A stretch of DNA of 64,000 nucleotides from Nitrosopumilus sp. Lineage in GTDB: Archaea; Thermoproteota; Nitrososphaeria; Nitrososphaerales; Nitrosopumilaceae. Every line of letters begins with the position of its first letter. Positions within the stretch are counted from its first letter, which is position 1. The stretch covers positions 384,001 through 448,000 of the forward strand of contig CBDBLX010000002.1 of assembly GCA_965207445.1 (NCBI GenBank), read 5' to 3'. A program made the position numbers and the translations under genes. This document shows positions 1-9,905 of the stretch, one piece after another. The notes below the pieces were generated by a model. It was not told the DNA's origin and did not search any database. It saw only the letters and a program-made list of their open reading frames with translations.

Positions 1-11
1 GACGTCTCATA

Positions 12-383
12 TTGACCCTTCGGGGCATGGTAGTTGCAAAAAAGATCTGGAACGAATCCAGTCTGGATGAACAAAAGTTCGTGTCCGAGACAAAAAAATT
101 TTTTAATGAAATGAGATATTGGGAAATTATTGCATTTTCGTATTCAACTCATCCCGAAACGACAATCAATTCGGAAATCAAGCCTGATTTTGAAAAGAGA
201 CGCCTGCCTGCTGCTATTGATCTCTTCAAAAAGCGCAAAATTTCACTTAAAAAAGCCGCCTCAGTAGCGGGAGTCTCTACTGAAAAGTTCAAGGAAGAGT
301 TGTCGAAGAGACAAATTTACCCCTACGAGCTGAATGAAGAAAAATATAAGGAATCACTGAGGCTAATTGAAAATATTACTTGA
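12..383 (+). CDS. UPF0175 family protein (putative antitoxin)
   Basis: C-terminal AAIDLFKKRKISLKKAASVAGVSTEKFKEELSKRQI fits the UPF0175 HTH pattern; overlaps a PIN gene. The true start may lie outside the window. Confidence 0.7.
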   Translation: MTLRGMVVAKKIWNESSLDEQKFVSETKKFFNEMRYWEIIAFSYSTHPETTINSEIKPDFEKRRLPAAIDLFKKRKISLKKAASVAGVSTEKFKEELSKRQIYPYELNEEKYKESLRLIENIT

Positions 384-714
384 CGCCAGTTTCCTCAGGC
401 ATTTGGAACAAGTAAACTTACTTTATCTTATCTCATTTTGGTCGGAAATACACGCATGGAAACTTGTGATGCCTGAGACAATTTATGACGAACTTGCTGT
501 CAGAGGCATTCCACTGGAGATTGAAAATCTCCTACAAGCCGATACAATCCGAATAGAGTCTTGTAACCAACTCCAACTTTTGGTAGCAAGGCACGGATTG
601 CACAGTTTGGATGATGGGGAATTGGAGGCAATATGCATAGATATATTATTTGCATGGTGTGCAATCTCAATATGTTGCTACTATACACAAAAAACAATCT
701 CTTATACATTTTAG
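367..714 (+). pseudogene. PIN-domain (DUF3368/VapC-like) protein, probably 3'-truncated
   Basis: MKILLDAS...VMPETIYDEL...LDDGELEAI motifs are present; similarity is lost after GELEAICID and the later acidic (LxDD) motif is absent. Confidence 0.6.
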
Positions 715-758
715 ACACAGATTATGCCATTTGCATTCTTGGTGTATGGGTGCAATTG

Positions 759-801
759 AACCCACACCACAACTAGTAAACCCACACCACAACTAGTAAA
801 C
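759..801. repeat. Intergenic tandem duplication (~20 bp unit)
   Basis: aacccacaccacaactagtaa occurs twice in tandem. Confidence 0.85.
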
Positions 802-873
802 AATTGCTAGTAAATACTATAAATTAAAATCAAACTGTATGATTGATATATTGTTACATTTACGTTTTATATA

Positions 874-2142
874 ATGTCGCATAAAAATGACGAATCTGAT
901 CCAGATTTCTTGGCAATGACTTTGTACATGACTGTCATCTTGCACGAATCAATAGAATTGGCAGGTGTCATCAGAGATTTAGTGTACGAAAAGTTAACCA
1001 ATAATCCAAAAATTGTTCCAATAATGATAAAAATGTTTGAGGCTGCAGCAGACAAGGCTGCTGTTACACCACACTTGACTGATAAAAGTTTTCTCGAATC
1101 TTTGAATGCGGCATCGCATATAAAAGACCCTGCTGCAATTGCGATTAATGATATAGTATATGAGGAAGTTAGTGACTGGATGATTCGTCTACCGCATTTT
1201 GGGATCAATCAAGTGTCTGCTGAAGCCTTTGTGGCATCTTCTCCTCAAAAGGCAGCTGTTTTGGCTACTGGACGCGTAGAACAAAGTTATCTAAAAGAAC
1301 TACACGCGATATTTATGTCTCATATTAAAAAAGGATTGGTAGACTGGCCGCCTCAAGGTCGTGCTAAAAAGGTTTTTAAACAGGCCTCTGAGGCCGCAGG
1401 CTCACGAGCAGCTAGAATGGCGCTTGCAGACTGTGGCAATGCCTATGCAGTGGCAGCAGCAGCACAGGCAGTACTAGTGGAACAAACCACACCAAAACCA
1501 AAAAAATTCCTACAAAATAAAGCACCAGATATATGCGATGAATTATGTGTGGAGATGTCTAAAGTGGGCGTCTCACGAGAATGGGCCTCGGAACTGACAA
1601 AAGAGATGTTAGATGGAGCGCGCATGTATCCATATGATGGGGCCGAGGCTTGTGGGGAAACAGCAGTCCGTGCTCTCAGAGCAGCTAACAATAGAGCTGC
1701 TGATACTGCTGCGCGAACCGCGTTCTCTATTACATACTCGTTGGCTATTAGTTGTGCCTGGAGAGTCGCTCTGGACAAAGATCGCTTTGAGTCGTTGCAC
1801 AACAGAGCACTATCTGTTGCTGCACGAATGGATCGTGCGATATTTTGTGCCTTTGATCAGTTTGAATCATTTACGGGGAGTGATGCAGTAGATGATCCTC
1901 TTGATACATGGAGTATCTTTTTGTCTGCATCAAAGCTAACTGTATCTGAATGGGCTCAGATAGCACAAACAATAGACTATAGGGCCACAGCACTTGCAGC
2001 GGAGAATGCCCCTCTTATAGAATTGTATGTAAAAGAGTATGGTATAGAACCAAAGTCTTTTAATGTACAGTCTGAGTTCGTGTCAGATAAACAAATGTAC
2101 ATGCACCAAGATGATGGTGATGATTCAAAGATTGCCCACTAG
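874..2142 (+). CDS. Hypothetical Ala-rich helical protein (422 aa)
   Basis: Long uninterrupted ORF; no motif recognised. Confidence 0.7.
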   Translation: MSHKNDESDPDFLAMTLYMTVILHESIELAGVIRDLVYEKLTNNPKIVPIMIKMFEAAADKAAVTPHLTDKSFLESLNAASHIKDPAAIAINDIVYEEVSDWMIRLPHFGINQVSAEAFVASSPQKAAVLATGRVEQSYLKELHAIFMSHIKKGLVDWPPQGRAKKVFKQASEAAGSRAARMALADCGNAYAVAAAAQAVLVEQTTPKPKKFLQNKAPDICDELCVEMSKVGVSREWASELTKEMLDGARMYPYDGAEACGETAVRALRAANNRAADTAARTAFSITYSLAISCAWRVALDKDRFESLHNRALSVAARMDRAIFCAFDQFESFTGSDAVDDPLDTWSIFLSASKLTVSEWAQIAQTIDYRATALAAENAPLIELYVKEYGIEPKSFNVQSEFVSDKQMYMHQDDGDDSKIAH

Positions 2143-2219
2143 ATAACACTCAACTAATTTACTTGATTGCATACATGCACCTCGTGCAATTCTGAAATTT
2201 TAACTGTGAGCCAATTAAT

Positions 2220-3326
2220 TCACTTTACTGCATACCTGAGTAATGCTACTATGCCTCCTAAACCTGACACTCGAAGACCAATATCAGTTGTAGTGTCTAC
2301 ACCGTATATCTTGGCACCTGCTGTCTGCGCAGAATTGAGTAGATCAATTATAATCTGCTCATCATTATATTGATGTAAAGCCTGATCTGAGAATATGACA
2401 GAGTCAATTGCTCCTGTTTTGGCAGCATCATAAGTCTCTTTGTACCCCATTGTATATTTTGGAATTTTTTTATGTGCATATTTTATAATCATGTTTAAGA
2501 GACTTGTTACGTGTGCCAACTTACTATCTGACATTGCTTCTTGCATTGCCTCTGATTTGATAAAAATGTGAATGCCATCTTCTCCACTTACATCTATGCC
2601 TTCGATGATTCTAATGTTGTTGTTGTTGATTTTATCTTTGTATTTCGTATTTAGATAGTTTGCAAATTTGTTTTTTGTGTTGCCGGGTCCAAATATCATT
2701 ATCATATGATCTGTATTGTGACTCTCAGTTATGGTGTTGATGGATATGCCAATCTGTGCAAAAAAACTTTCCGTATTTTGACTTGTCTTGTAGCGCTTAC
2801 CCCCTGCACCAGAGTATATGTTAGGAGAGATATCCAAATGTGTACCTTTGAGGGTTGCCACACTACAATCCCTTGTATCAATTGCAACTAGAATAAAGTT
2901 TGTACTTTTACTGGATTTGTTATCTCCTTTTTTTAGTATGTTGTATTCTATTTGTGACCAACGAGTATTACCATCATCACTCTTTGTACCTTTTTTTGTT
3001 ATTGTAATTGTGCTGTTTGGTGTAATGGTCATAGAGTGATGCGTACCGTGTGATACTGACTCGTTATTTGACTCTAATACAGATCCTCCAACTCTAAGTC
3101 TACTTAATGTACCATCAAGTGATATCTTTTCTGCTGTAATTGATACGATAATTCTAACACGTTCACCTCTATCTGGTCTAGCGTAGTCTCTGTCTCGTTT
3201 GATTACTCGCATTGTGGATCCTGTGACAATGTAGCCGAACTTTATGACACGTCGTAATGCAATCAAGTCATCTATGTCCTCTACTGTTATGACTAGGGTG
3301 GATTCATCTATTTTTTTGACTATCAC
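2220..3326 (-). CDS. pelA: mRNA surveillance protein pelota (Dom34)
   Basis: eRF1-like three-domain layout: DDLIALRRVI, RPDRGERV, HGTHHS, FGPGNTK, GLGGIVALLRY. Confidence 0.93.
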   Translation of the reverse strand: MIVKKIDESTLVITVEDIDDLIALRRVIKFGYIVTGSTMRVIKRDRDYARPDRGERVRIIVSITAEKISLDGTLSRLRVGGSVLESNNESVSHGTHHSMTITPNSTITITKKGTKSDDGNTRWSQIEYNILKKGDNKSSKSTNFILVAIDTRDCSVATLKGTHLDISPNIYSGAGGKRYKTSQNTESFFAQIGISINTITESHNTDHMIMIFGPGNTKNKFANYLNTKYKDKINNNNIRIIEGIDVSGEDGIHIFIKSEAMQEAMSDSKLAHVTSLLNMIIKYAHKKIPKYTMGYKETYDAAKTGAIDSVIFSDQALHQYNDEQIIIDLLNSAQTAGAKIYGVDTTTDIGLRVSGLGGIVALLRYAVK

Positions 3327-3433
3327 ATGTTACCCTACTTGTATCGTGATAAATTCTATGCGCGTGTAATAGGTGCTTGTTGTTATCAGTGGCAGTTATT
3401 GGAAATTTTTATCATTTTCATTGGTGTCTTGTT

Positions 3434-3964
3434 CTATTTGGTCAATCCACTTGAAGAGGTATTTGACCTCACATCAAAATTTTTATCATTTTCATTGGTG
3501 TCTTGTTCTACTCTTTGTCCATCACCATCACTCACATCACCACCATCACTCACATCACCACCCTCGCCATCATCTTTCTTTGTCTTTTCTTTGAGATACT
3601 CTTTGACCCATTCTAGAGTTATTACACCTGATTCTGATAGATTTGCCAACGAGTTTATCGATGCCTCCCCTGTCACCTTGCCGTTGTATCGTCTCAGATT
3701 GCGCCACTTAAGGCTTGTGTTCCCACTCTTTGATTTGTATATTATACCCAAAACACCCCTTGCATTGACAAACGTCACGCCCCTGATCTTTTTTAGTGTG
3801 ACTTTGTCAACTGCCTCTACATATATTGCACTGTCTGGCTCTTCTCTCTCTGCAAATATCTCTTGATCATTGAGATAGCTTCGGGGTGCATATGATCTAC
3901 AGGTACTAAACATGACAAATTTTCTAAAACTTTCAAGTGATGCTGGAGTCTCAATTAGAACCAT
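3434..3964 (-). CDS. Conserved thaumarchaeal hypothetical protein with low-complexity C-terminal tail
   Basis: MVLIETPASLESFRKF...GKVTGEASINSLANL core; GDVSDG duplicated in the tail. Start taken at MVLIET. Confidence 0.7.
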   Translation of the reverse strand: MVLIETPASLESFRKFVMFSTCRSYAPRSYLNDQEIFAEREEPDSAIYVEAVDKVTLKKIRGVTFVNARGVLGIIYKSKSGNTSLKWRNLRRYNGKVTGEASINSLANLSESGVITLEWVKEYLKEKTKKDDGEGGDVSDGGDVSDGDGQRVEQDTNENDKNFDVRSNTSSSGLTK

Positions 3965-4267
3965 TTTGCAGAAATGCAATTTGGCCCATTTATCAAGCTT
4001 TTGAGACGGTCTGTATTTTGTATTTTACTCTCAAATTTAACACAAATTATCATCAAAACATGACACAAGGTTGAATGACCCTTTATCTATACATATTGTA
4101 GCAATGGTAGTAAAGATTGATACAACTAGTAGAGTGTTTATCAAATGCAGGCAATGATGAATCTATCCCTCTGATGTTCCACTAGTGGGTAAACATATGA
4201 TGACGATCTTGAGTTCAGAGTCCTGCAATATTTTTAATAACTGCCATTCTCTGACCACTAGTAACAA

Positions 4268-4690
4268 TTGAAATCCCTCACAAAACACTTGGTCTTTGAG
4301 ACCAATTCACGCATTGAATTTATCAACATAACACCTCAGATCAAACATCTAGTCAAAGAGAGCGGTGTTCGAGAAGGTATTTGCCTTGTAAATGCAATGC
4401 ACATTACAGCTAGTGTATTCATAAATGATAATGAAGATGGATTGTTGCATGACTATACACAATGGTTGGAGAAACTAGCACCTCATGAACCAGTTGATGC
4501 ATACAATCATAACTCTGGAACAGGAGAAGACAATGCAGATGCTCACATGAAGCGTCAGATAATGGGCCGCGAAGTCGTCGTTGCAATTACAAACAACACT
4601 CTTGACTTTGGGCCTTGGGAGCAGATCTTTTATGGTGAGTTTGATGGAATGCGCAAAAAACGTGTTCTAGTCAAGATAATCGGTGAGTAA
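4268..4690 (+). CDS. yjbQ: YjbQ / UPF0047 family protein
   Basis: [34 protein letters not shown]. Confidence 0.92.
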   Translation: MKSLTKHLVFETNSRIEFINITPQIKHLVKESGVREGICLVNAMHITASVFINDNEDGLLHDYTQWLEKLAPHEPVDAYNHNSGTGEDNADAHMKRQIMGREVVVAITNNTLDFGPWEQIFYGEFDGMRKKRVLVKIIGE

Positions 4691-4701
4691 AAATCAATCA
4701 A

Positions 4702-4866
4702 CTAACCAAAATCCGCATCGCGTTTTTGGCTTTGTGTCTCGTTCTTTCGTGCAGACACTCTGAATTCGTCTTTGTGGTTTTGTGGACCATGACCGCATAG
4801 TATACACCCAATCTTAAAACCATTCTCATTCTTACTATACTCATTACAGCCACAAAAACATACCAT
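4702..4866 (-). CDS. Small Cys/His-rich putative zinc-binding protein (54 aa; absent from the ORF track)
   Basis: Manual translation MVCFCGCNEYSKNENGFKIGCILCGHGPQNHKDEFRVSARKNETQSQKRDADFG*; a TATA-like AT tract lies upstream. Confidence 0.7.
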   Translation of the reverse strand: MVCFCGCNEYSKNENGFKIGCILCGHGPQNHKDEFRVSARKNETQSQKRDADFG

Positions 4867-5109
4867 GGATTGAAATTCTGTATAGTAGTTATATCTCTTG
4901 TTTTCTTGGTGTATGTTTGACGTTTAATTTGTGTGATGATTTTGTATATCGTATTTTTGTATATCGTATTTTTGTATATTATGATTTGATATATAATGAT
5001 CTTATATATAATTATTTTATATATGATTATTATAAAATATGGTCGTTATAATATATGATTATTTGATTATATAATATTTTAAATGATAGAGTTTATTTAT
5101 ATAATTATA

Positions 5110-5592
5110 TTATTTTTTGTCATCTTTTTGATCAGTCGGGCAACACTCACCTAATGGTATTGCGTGTCCATGTGGGGATACTTCTGGGCATCCTAACATC
5201 GTACATAACGCATCTGTAAATTGCTTGTTCATGTGATGCTCTATACCACAGACCATCTCTTCGTTGATCTCTACTTTGAGTGCATTTTGCATCAAAACTT
5301 CTAACAGTCTGCTGTTTCTTACCATACTGGCTCCGATCTTTGCACCCTCTGCTGTCAATTTTACTCCTGCTTTGTTATAGTTGACAAGTTTTTTCTTGTT
5401 GAGTTTTTTGAGCATCTGTACTACACTTGGTTGCTTGACGTGCAACATATCTGCAATTGAGGTGATCTTTACCTCACCTCCTCGTTCTTTGATGTGCCAT
5501 ATTGCCTTGAGATACATCTCTACGTGTTCTGCTTCTGCTGTGCCTACAAAAAGACGCTCGTAGGTTTTGTCGTCTCGTGTATTATTTTGCAT
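5110..5592 (-). CDS. DtxR/MntR family metal-dependent transcriptional regulator
   Basis: EMYLKAIW, HTH IADMLHVKQPSVVQMLKKL, CGIEHH, SPHGHAIP. Confidence 0.9.
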   Translation of the reverse strand: MQNNTRDDKTYERLFVGTAEAEHVEMYLKAIWHIKERGGEVKITSIADMLHVKQPSVVQMLKKLNKKKLVNYNKAGVKLTAEGAKIGASMVRNSRLLEVLMQNALKVEINEEMVCGIEHHMNKQFTDALCTMLGCPEVSPHGHAIPLGECCPTDQKDDKK

Positions 5593-5679
5593 ATTGTAAA
5601 TATTTTGTATCTTTTAATAAATATTTGACTTTGTTTTGTTCTGTTATGGTGTTCTATGTTTGTAGAGTATCTTTTTTTT

Positions 5680-6717
5680 CTACTCTTCGCGTAAAACTAA
5701 TTTTGATATTGTAACATCTGTTGGTATATTTTGCTCTACTGCATAGGCTATTGCTGCAATGTTGCGTACCTCAAAGGCTGTTAGTTTGGTGATCCCTATG
5801 ATTGTTGAGAAACTAAACATTTTGGTAAATGCCCTTGTAGATGCAGTGTATATTGCCATCTCAAAGGCGCGCTCAAATTGGGCTACTGCATCAAGTTCAT
5901 TTTCAACATCTGGTATCATTGTTTTATATCTGGTGCTTGAGAGCTCTGCAAATGCATCTGATACTTTTGCTGCTGTAATCATTCTGCCTAATAGTTCTCT
6001 TGGTATGGAGGGTGTACTTGATACGATCAGATCTTCTATCTGAGTGTCGTCTAGTCCCCAAAGTTTTCCCCTTATTACACAAAGTATATTGTAAAAGTCT
6101 ATATCCATCCCAATGAGTCTGATGACTTCTCTCTCTCGTGTATTTTTAATAGCCTTGCCAAGTTGTTTGTAGAGAATCTTATCAAAATATGTATCAAATA
6201 TTTGTATGTTCTTTTTCTCATTGTATGCCGCTAGTGCCTTTACAATATCTGCTCCAAATCGTGCTGAGCTTAGGTTGGCTACTGCCTCCTCCAAGTCCTT
6301 TGCAACTAGTGCCTTTACTACAATATCGCGTTGCTTCATCAACTCTTCTGCCTTTAGATTCAAATGTCGCTCAAGTTCACTTTGATTCTTCCCTAGTACT
6401 TTGCCTTTGAGTATTATCTTTAGGTTTGTTATGATGAATCTCATGTAATATGCATCAAGCAATAGTGACTTTTTTCCTGTTGTACGTGCTATGGAGTGGT
6501 GTACTTGTGCCAAATGACCTCTCAAGGAGGATTCTATCTTTTGTGACGTGTATGGCTTTTGTATCTCTGATACTGCATCTGCATATATGGTGTTCTTGAT
6601 TCGAGTCATCAACTCATCTAGATCTCTTGATTCTGCCAAGGTTTGAAAGTCAGATCGTGCTAATAGCTTGCCTTTTTTGCTATATGCCTTTACCGATGCG
6701 TATATGTTTTTACCCAT
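5680..6717 (-). CDS. atpC: A/V-type ATP synthase subunit C
   Basis: 345 aa helical protein with KAYSKKGKLL, NLKIILKG, IDFYNI and EVRNIAAIA motifs of the AC39/C family. Confidence 0.88.
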   Translation of the reverse strand: MGKNIYASVKAYSKKGKLLARSDFQTLAESRDLDELMTRIKNTIYADAVSEIQKPYTSQKIESSLRGHLAQVHHSIARTTGKKSLLLDAYYMRFIITNLKIILKGKVLGKNQSELERHLNLKAEELMKQRDIVVKALVAKDLEEAVANLSSARFGADIVKALAAYNEKKNIQIFDTYFDKILYKQLGKAIKNTREREVIRLIGMDIDFYNILCVIRGKLWGLDDTQIEDLIVSSTPSIPRELLGRMITAAKVSDAFAELSSTRYKTMIPDVENELDAVAQFERAFEMAIYTASTRAFTKMFSFSTIIGITKLTAFEVRNIAAIAYAVEQNIPTDVTISKLVLREE

Positions 6718-6787
6718 TTATTATTTTACAATGCGCTGTGGATTTTAATGTTTGTGCATTATGATTCTCCTGCAAACTGGTCGGAAC

Positions 6788-6833
6788 AGGCGTGCCTATT
6801 TATGATCATCAATAATTGGACCTGAACGCTTAC
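6788..6833. mobile_element. IS66(ISBst12)-like terminal fragment
   Basis: Ends in gacctgaacgcttac (reverse complement GTAAGCGTTCAGG); ~45 bp also found at 29842-29886 and 30700-30742. Confidence 0.6.
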
Positions 6834-6885
6834 TCAAATCAGCGCTCTACTGTATCATGCCAAATAAATAACTCCAGTTAATTTC

Positions 6886-8382
6886 TTGCGTATGATCAAA
6901 CACTATATTATGAGGAATTTTAGACGGTCCAGCAACTCCACCCACCTGAATCTAGATGTCGACATTCGTAACTTTGGACCTATATCAAAAGCACATATTT
7001 CACTCAAACCACTCACCATACTTGTAGGTCCAAACAACTCGGGCAAATCATACGCTGCAGCGCTCATCCACTCCATAGTGTCATCACAGGAGGAGTTTGC
7101 GGGACTATCCTGGTGGGGACGTTATAAACCGCGTATAGCGCCACGTTCTAAATTAGCAAACGAAATGACAGTCTGTAAGAACAGAATACGTGACTTGATC
7201 AAAAATAAGGGCCATGTGGATGTACCTACAGACCTCATGGACATTGTAGCCAAACTGTACATTGAAACAGTTACCAAAGATGTGTTGATTCCCAGAATCG
7301 AATACATCTTTGGCTCATCTATCAGCAACATGACTAAGATCGGTAGCAAATCACTCTCAATAACAATCACAACAGATAGTAAAAACAAAATCGTCATTAA
7401 TGACAAAAAAATTCCAACGTCTCGATATTCCAAATTAGGAGTAAGCTCGAGTATTGAATTTGTGCGTACATCTCAGCGCACTTTACATGAATACGAATTA
7501 AGCAACAACCATGTTGTTTACAAAGTAAATCCAGATTGGCCAGAACACATACAGTTAGAACACGTGTTGTCGTCAATGCATGACTACTTGTCCGATGTGA
7601 TAAGTTCTGGTTTGCCATCTGATTCACACCACCTTCCCGCCACGAGATCGGGCGTTCTTCAAGGCCACAAAGCACTGACCATAAATATAATCAAAAATGC
7701 GGCCCATGCCGGTCTGGATCCACTGGTGATCACCAAGCTGTCTGGAATCACTTTGGACTTTATATCGACAATCATAGATATGCCCCAACACAAAGGCCCA
7801 TTCTTTAACATTGCCCAAGATCTGGAAAAAAACATACTGGGTGGGAAAATCAATATTTCAGTCGATGCTAGGACAGGTTCTTCTGAGATACAATACCGAT
7901 ACAAACGCAGAGTGCTTCCTCTGCACCTAACGTCCTCCACAGTATCGGAGCTTGCACCCCTGATACTATACCTCAAATACGTGGTTAGAAAAGGTGACCT
8001 AATAATACTTGAAGAACCGGAGGCTCACTTGCATCCACGTATGCAGATAATTCTTGCTCGCTATATTGTAAAAATGATTAGACACGGGATCAATATACTG
8101 ATAATGACCCACAGCATCTTTGTATACAATCTATTGAGTCAGTTTTTAATGAGCAGTAAGACTAGATCAAAAACAAGTAAAAAGTTAAACTTTGACGAGG
8201 ATGACTACCTTGAGGAGAGTGAAATATCTGCCTACTCTTTTGAAAAATTAGATGTTGGCTCCTATGTTGCCAAATCCATGGATCATTCTGCCGAAGAGGG
8301 TATGCAGTCAAATGAGTTTTCAGAAGCTATTGATACCATGTATAACGGAAGAGTAATCATAGAACAGAACATGCCAGTGTGA
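6886..8382 (+). CDS. AAA_15/AAA_21 ABC-type ATPase of the kind found in defence/TA modules
   Basis: IRNFGPI, Walker A GPNNSGKS, SSTVSEL signature, Walker B IILEEPEAHLHP, H-loop MTHS. The start may be ATG 6910. Confidence 0.85.
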   Translation: MRMIKHYIMRNFRRSSNSTHLNLDVDIRNFGPISKAHISLKPLTILVGPNNSGKSYAAALIHSIVSSQEEFAGLSWWGRYKPRIAPRSKLANEMTVCKNRIRDLIKNKGHVDVPTDLMDIVAKLYIETVTKDVLIPRIEYIFGSSISNMTKIGSKSLSITITTDSKNKIVINDKKIPTSRYSKLGVSSSIEFVRTSQRTLHEYELSNNHVVYKVNPDWPEHIQLEHVLSSMHDYLSDVISSGLPSDSHHLPATRSGVLQGHKALTINIIKNAAHAGLDPLVITKLSGITLDFISTIIDMPQHKGPFFNIAQDLEKNILGGKINISVDARTGSSEIQYRYKRRVLPLHLTSSTVSELAPLILYLKYVVRKGDLIILEEPEAHLHPRMQIILARYIVKMIRHGINILIMTHSIFVYNLLSQFLMSSKTRSKTSKKLNFDEDDYLEESEISAYSFEKLDVGSYVAKSMDHSAEEGMQSNEFSEAIDTMYNGRVIIEQNMPV

Positions 8383-8386
8383 AAAT

Positions 8387-8652
8387 ATGTCACTTGATGA
8401 TATACGTAAAAAATACGACTCAGGTGATGGATGCCACGAGAAAGGCAGTTAAATGCATGTATATCGCTTGCAGAGCAGATCTGCAATCAACATATAAAGA
8501 AAAACAGTCCAATCATAATGCCCATTATTCTGAGCAAAAATGTTCGAGATGAAATTAGGATGAAAATCGGAGAAGCTACTGTGCAAATTCGTGAAAAAAC
8601 CAAACACATTTCACGTAAAGATTGCGGCACGCATATATCCAGCATATACTAA
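8387..8652 (+). pseudogene. Collapsed partner gene of the ATPase
   Basis: ATG 4 nt after the ATPase stop gives MSLDDIRKKYDSGDGCHEKG; a protein-like sequence continues in another frame (RQLNACISLAEQIC...PIILSK...DCG). Confidence 0.45.
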
Positions 8653-8687
8653 ATCCGTGATTATCAGATGAAATTAGACCTTATGCG

Positions 8688-8796
8688 TACTGATATGATT
8701 CAAGATCCGATATTTTGATTGATATTCATCTCGAAGTTGAGCACATATTATGAATACAAAATATTAGAAAACTATCGGATCTTTAATGAAACTATT
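8688..8796 (+). mobile_element. 109-bp MITE family A, copy 1
   Basis: Subterminal inverted repeats ATT(A/C)AAGATCCGAT / ATCGGATCTTTAAT; 5-bp TSD atgcg. Confidence 0.9.
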
Positions 8797-8899
8797 ATGC
8801 GCAATGGGTTCTTTTGCAAACGCGGTTGGTGACAATTAATACAGATTTGAACCATTACAGTCAATCCGGACACGTAACTCGTATTTTATCGCCACGTAT

Positions 8900-8985
8900 G
8901 ATAAACTTCAAACCCTCTGCCTTGTGCCCGCCAGACATTAGGCGATGAATCTGTGTCTAAGTTTAGGAAAGGGTTAAACGATTAC
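8900..8985 (+). mobile_element. IS66-like end remnant (related pieces near 24140-24221 and 16278-16350)
   Basis: Shared ttaggcgatgaatctgtgtctaa core, ending in (t/g)aacg(a/g)ttac. Confidence 0.5.
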
Positions 8986-9050
8986 TTGTGTGGCGCATAA
9001 TTTATGATCAAATTTTTGGATTAGTTGTATGGATGGCTCATGAAAATCAC

Positions 9051-9791
9051 TTAAAGTGGTTTGTCTTTATCACCATTTATCATCTCATTTAGCATATCTA
9101 TAACATCACTACGTTTTTGCTTTGAGAATGTCATAAATGCTACCACGAGCTCTTTTTGAATCAAGAATGATTCATCACGTATAGTGTAAAGTTGCATCAG
9201 ATCAAATGGTAGCAGACTTTTGATCTTTTCCTCACAAAATGCACTTACATACAACTGTACAATATAGGCAACAAATAGAGGACATGTCTCAGATAGCATA
9301 ACTAGTACGTCTGCAAATCTTTCTTTTTTATGCTCCTCTGTTGCTGGAGTTGGAGTTGTTGTTGTGGCAGTAGATGTGGCCGTAGATGTTTCCCTAAAAA
9401 ACTCCTTTAACAACTCTGTTCTCTGTTCTGCGTCACTTGCAAGTGCTACTGCTACCAAGATTCCTTCTCTTGTGAGCTTGTAATACGGAACTCCTACTTC
9501 TTGCAGTGCTTTGGGACCTCGTTTTAATGGCAACCTTCCCTCTTCTTTTACTATATGCATAGGCAACAAGATCTCATCAAAATCTCTGAATATTCCAGAG
9601 TATATGTTCTTCCATACAGTCCCTTCTGTCTTTGCCATCAGTTGTGCTATACCTGTTCTTGTACGGTCAGCGGGATTGCCTTTACTCTTTGATAATGCAT
9701 TTATTATATTGCGCTGTCTCTTGGCCTCGCCTGTGATTCCTTTTTGACCTGTCTTGAATCTACTAAATACTGCTAATTTGTTCTCTTTCAT
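9051..9791 (-). CDS. Conserved hypothetical protein divergent from amt, possible winged-helix regulator
   Basis: TRTGIAQ...WKNIYSGIFRD...EEGRLPLKRGPKALQ...YYKLTREG; Thr-rich insertion. Confidence 0.75.
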   Translation of the reverse strand: MKENKLAVFSRFKTGQKGITGEAKRQRNIINALSKSKGNPADRTRTGIAQLMAKTEGTVWKNIYSGIFRDFDEILLPMHIVKEEGRLPLKRGPKALQEVGVPYYKLTREGILVAVALASDAEQRTELLKEFFRETSTATSTATTTTPTPATEEHKKERFADVLVMLSETCPLFVAYIVQLYVSAFCEEKIKSLLPFDLMQLYTIRDESFLIQKELVVAFMTFSKQKRSDVIDMLNEMINGDKDKPL

Positions 9792-9905
9792 TATCTCACC
9801 TTGACATATTTTTTACTTTTTATGATATTATCCAATCATTGGCAAATATAAGAATTTACTATTTTTATATTTTTTTAATATTCAACTCTTAAATAATTTC
9901 ATTTT

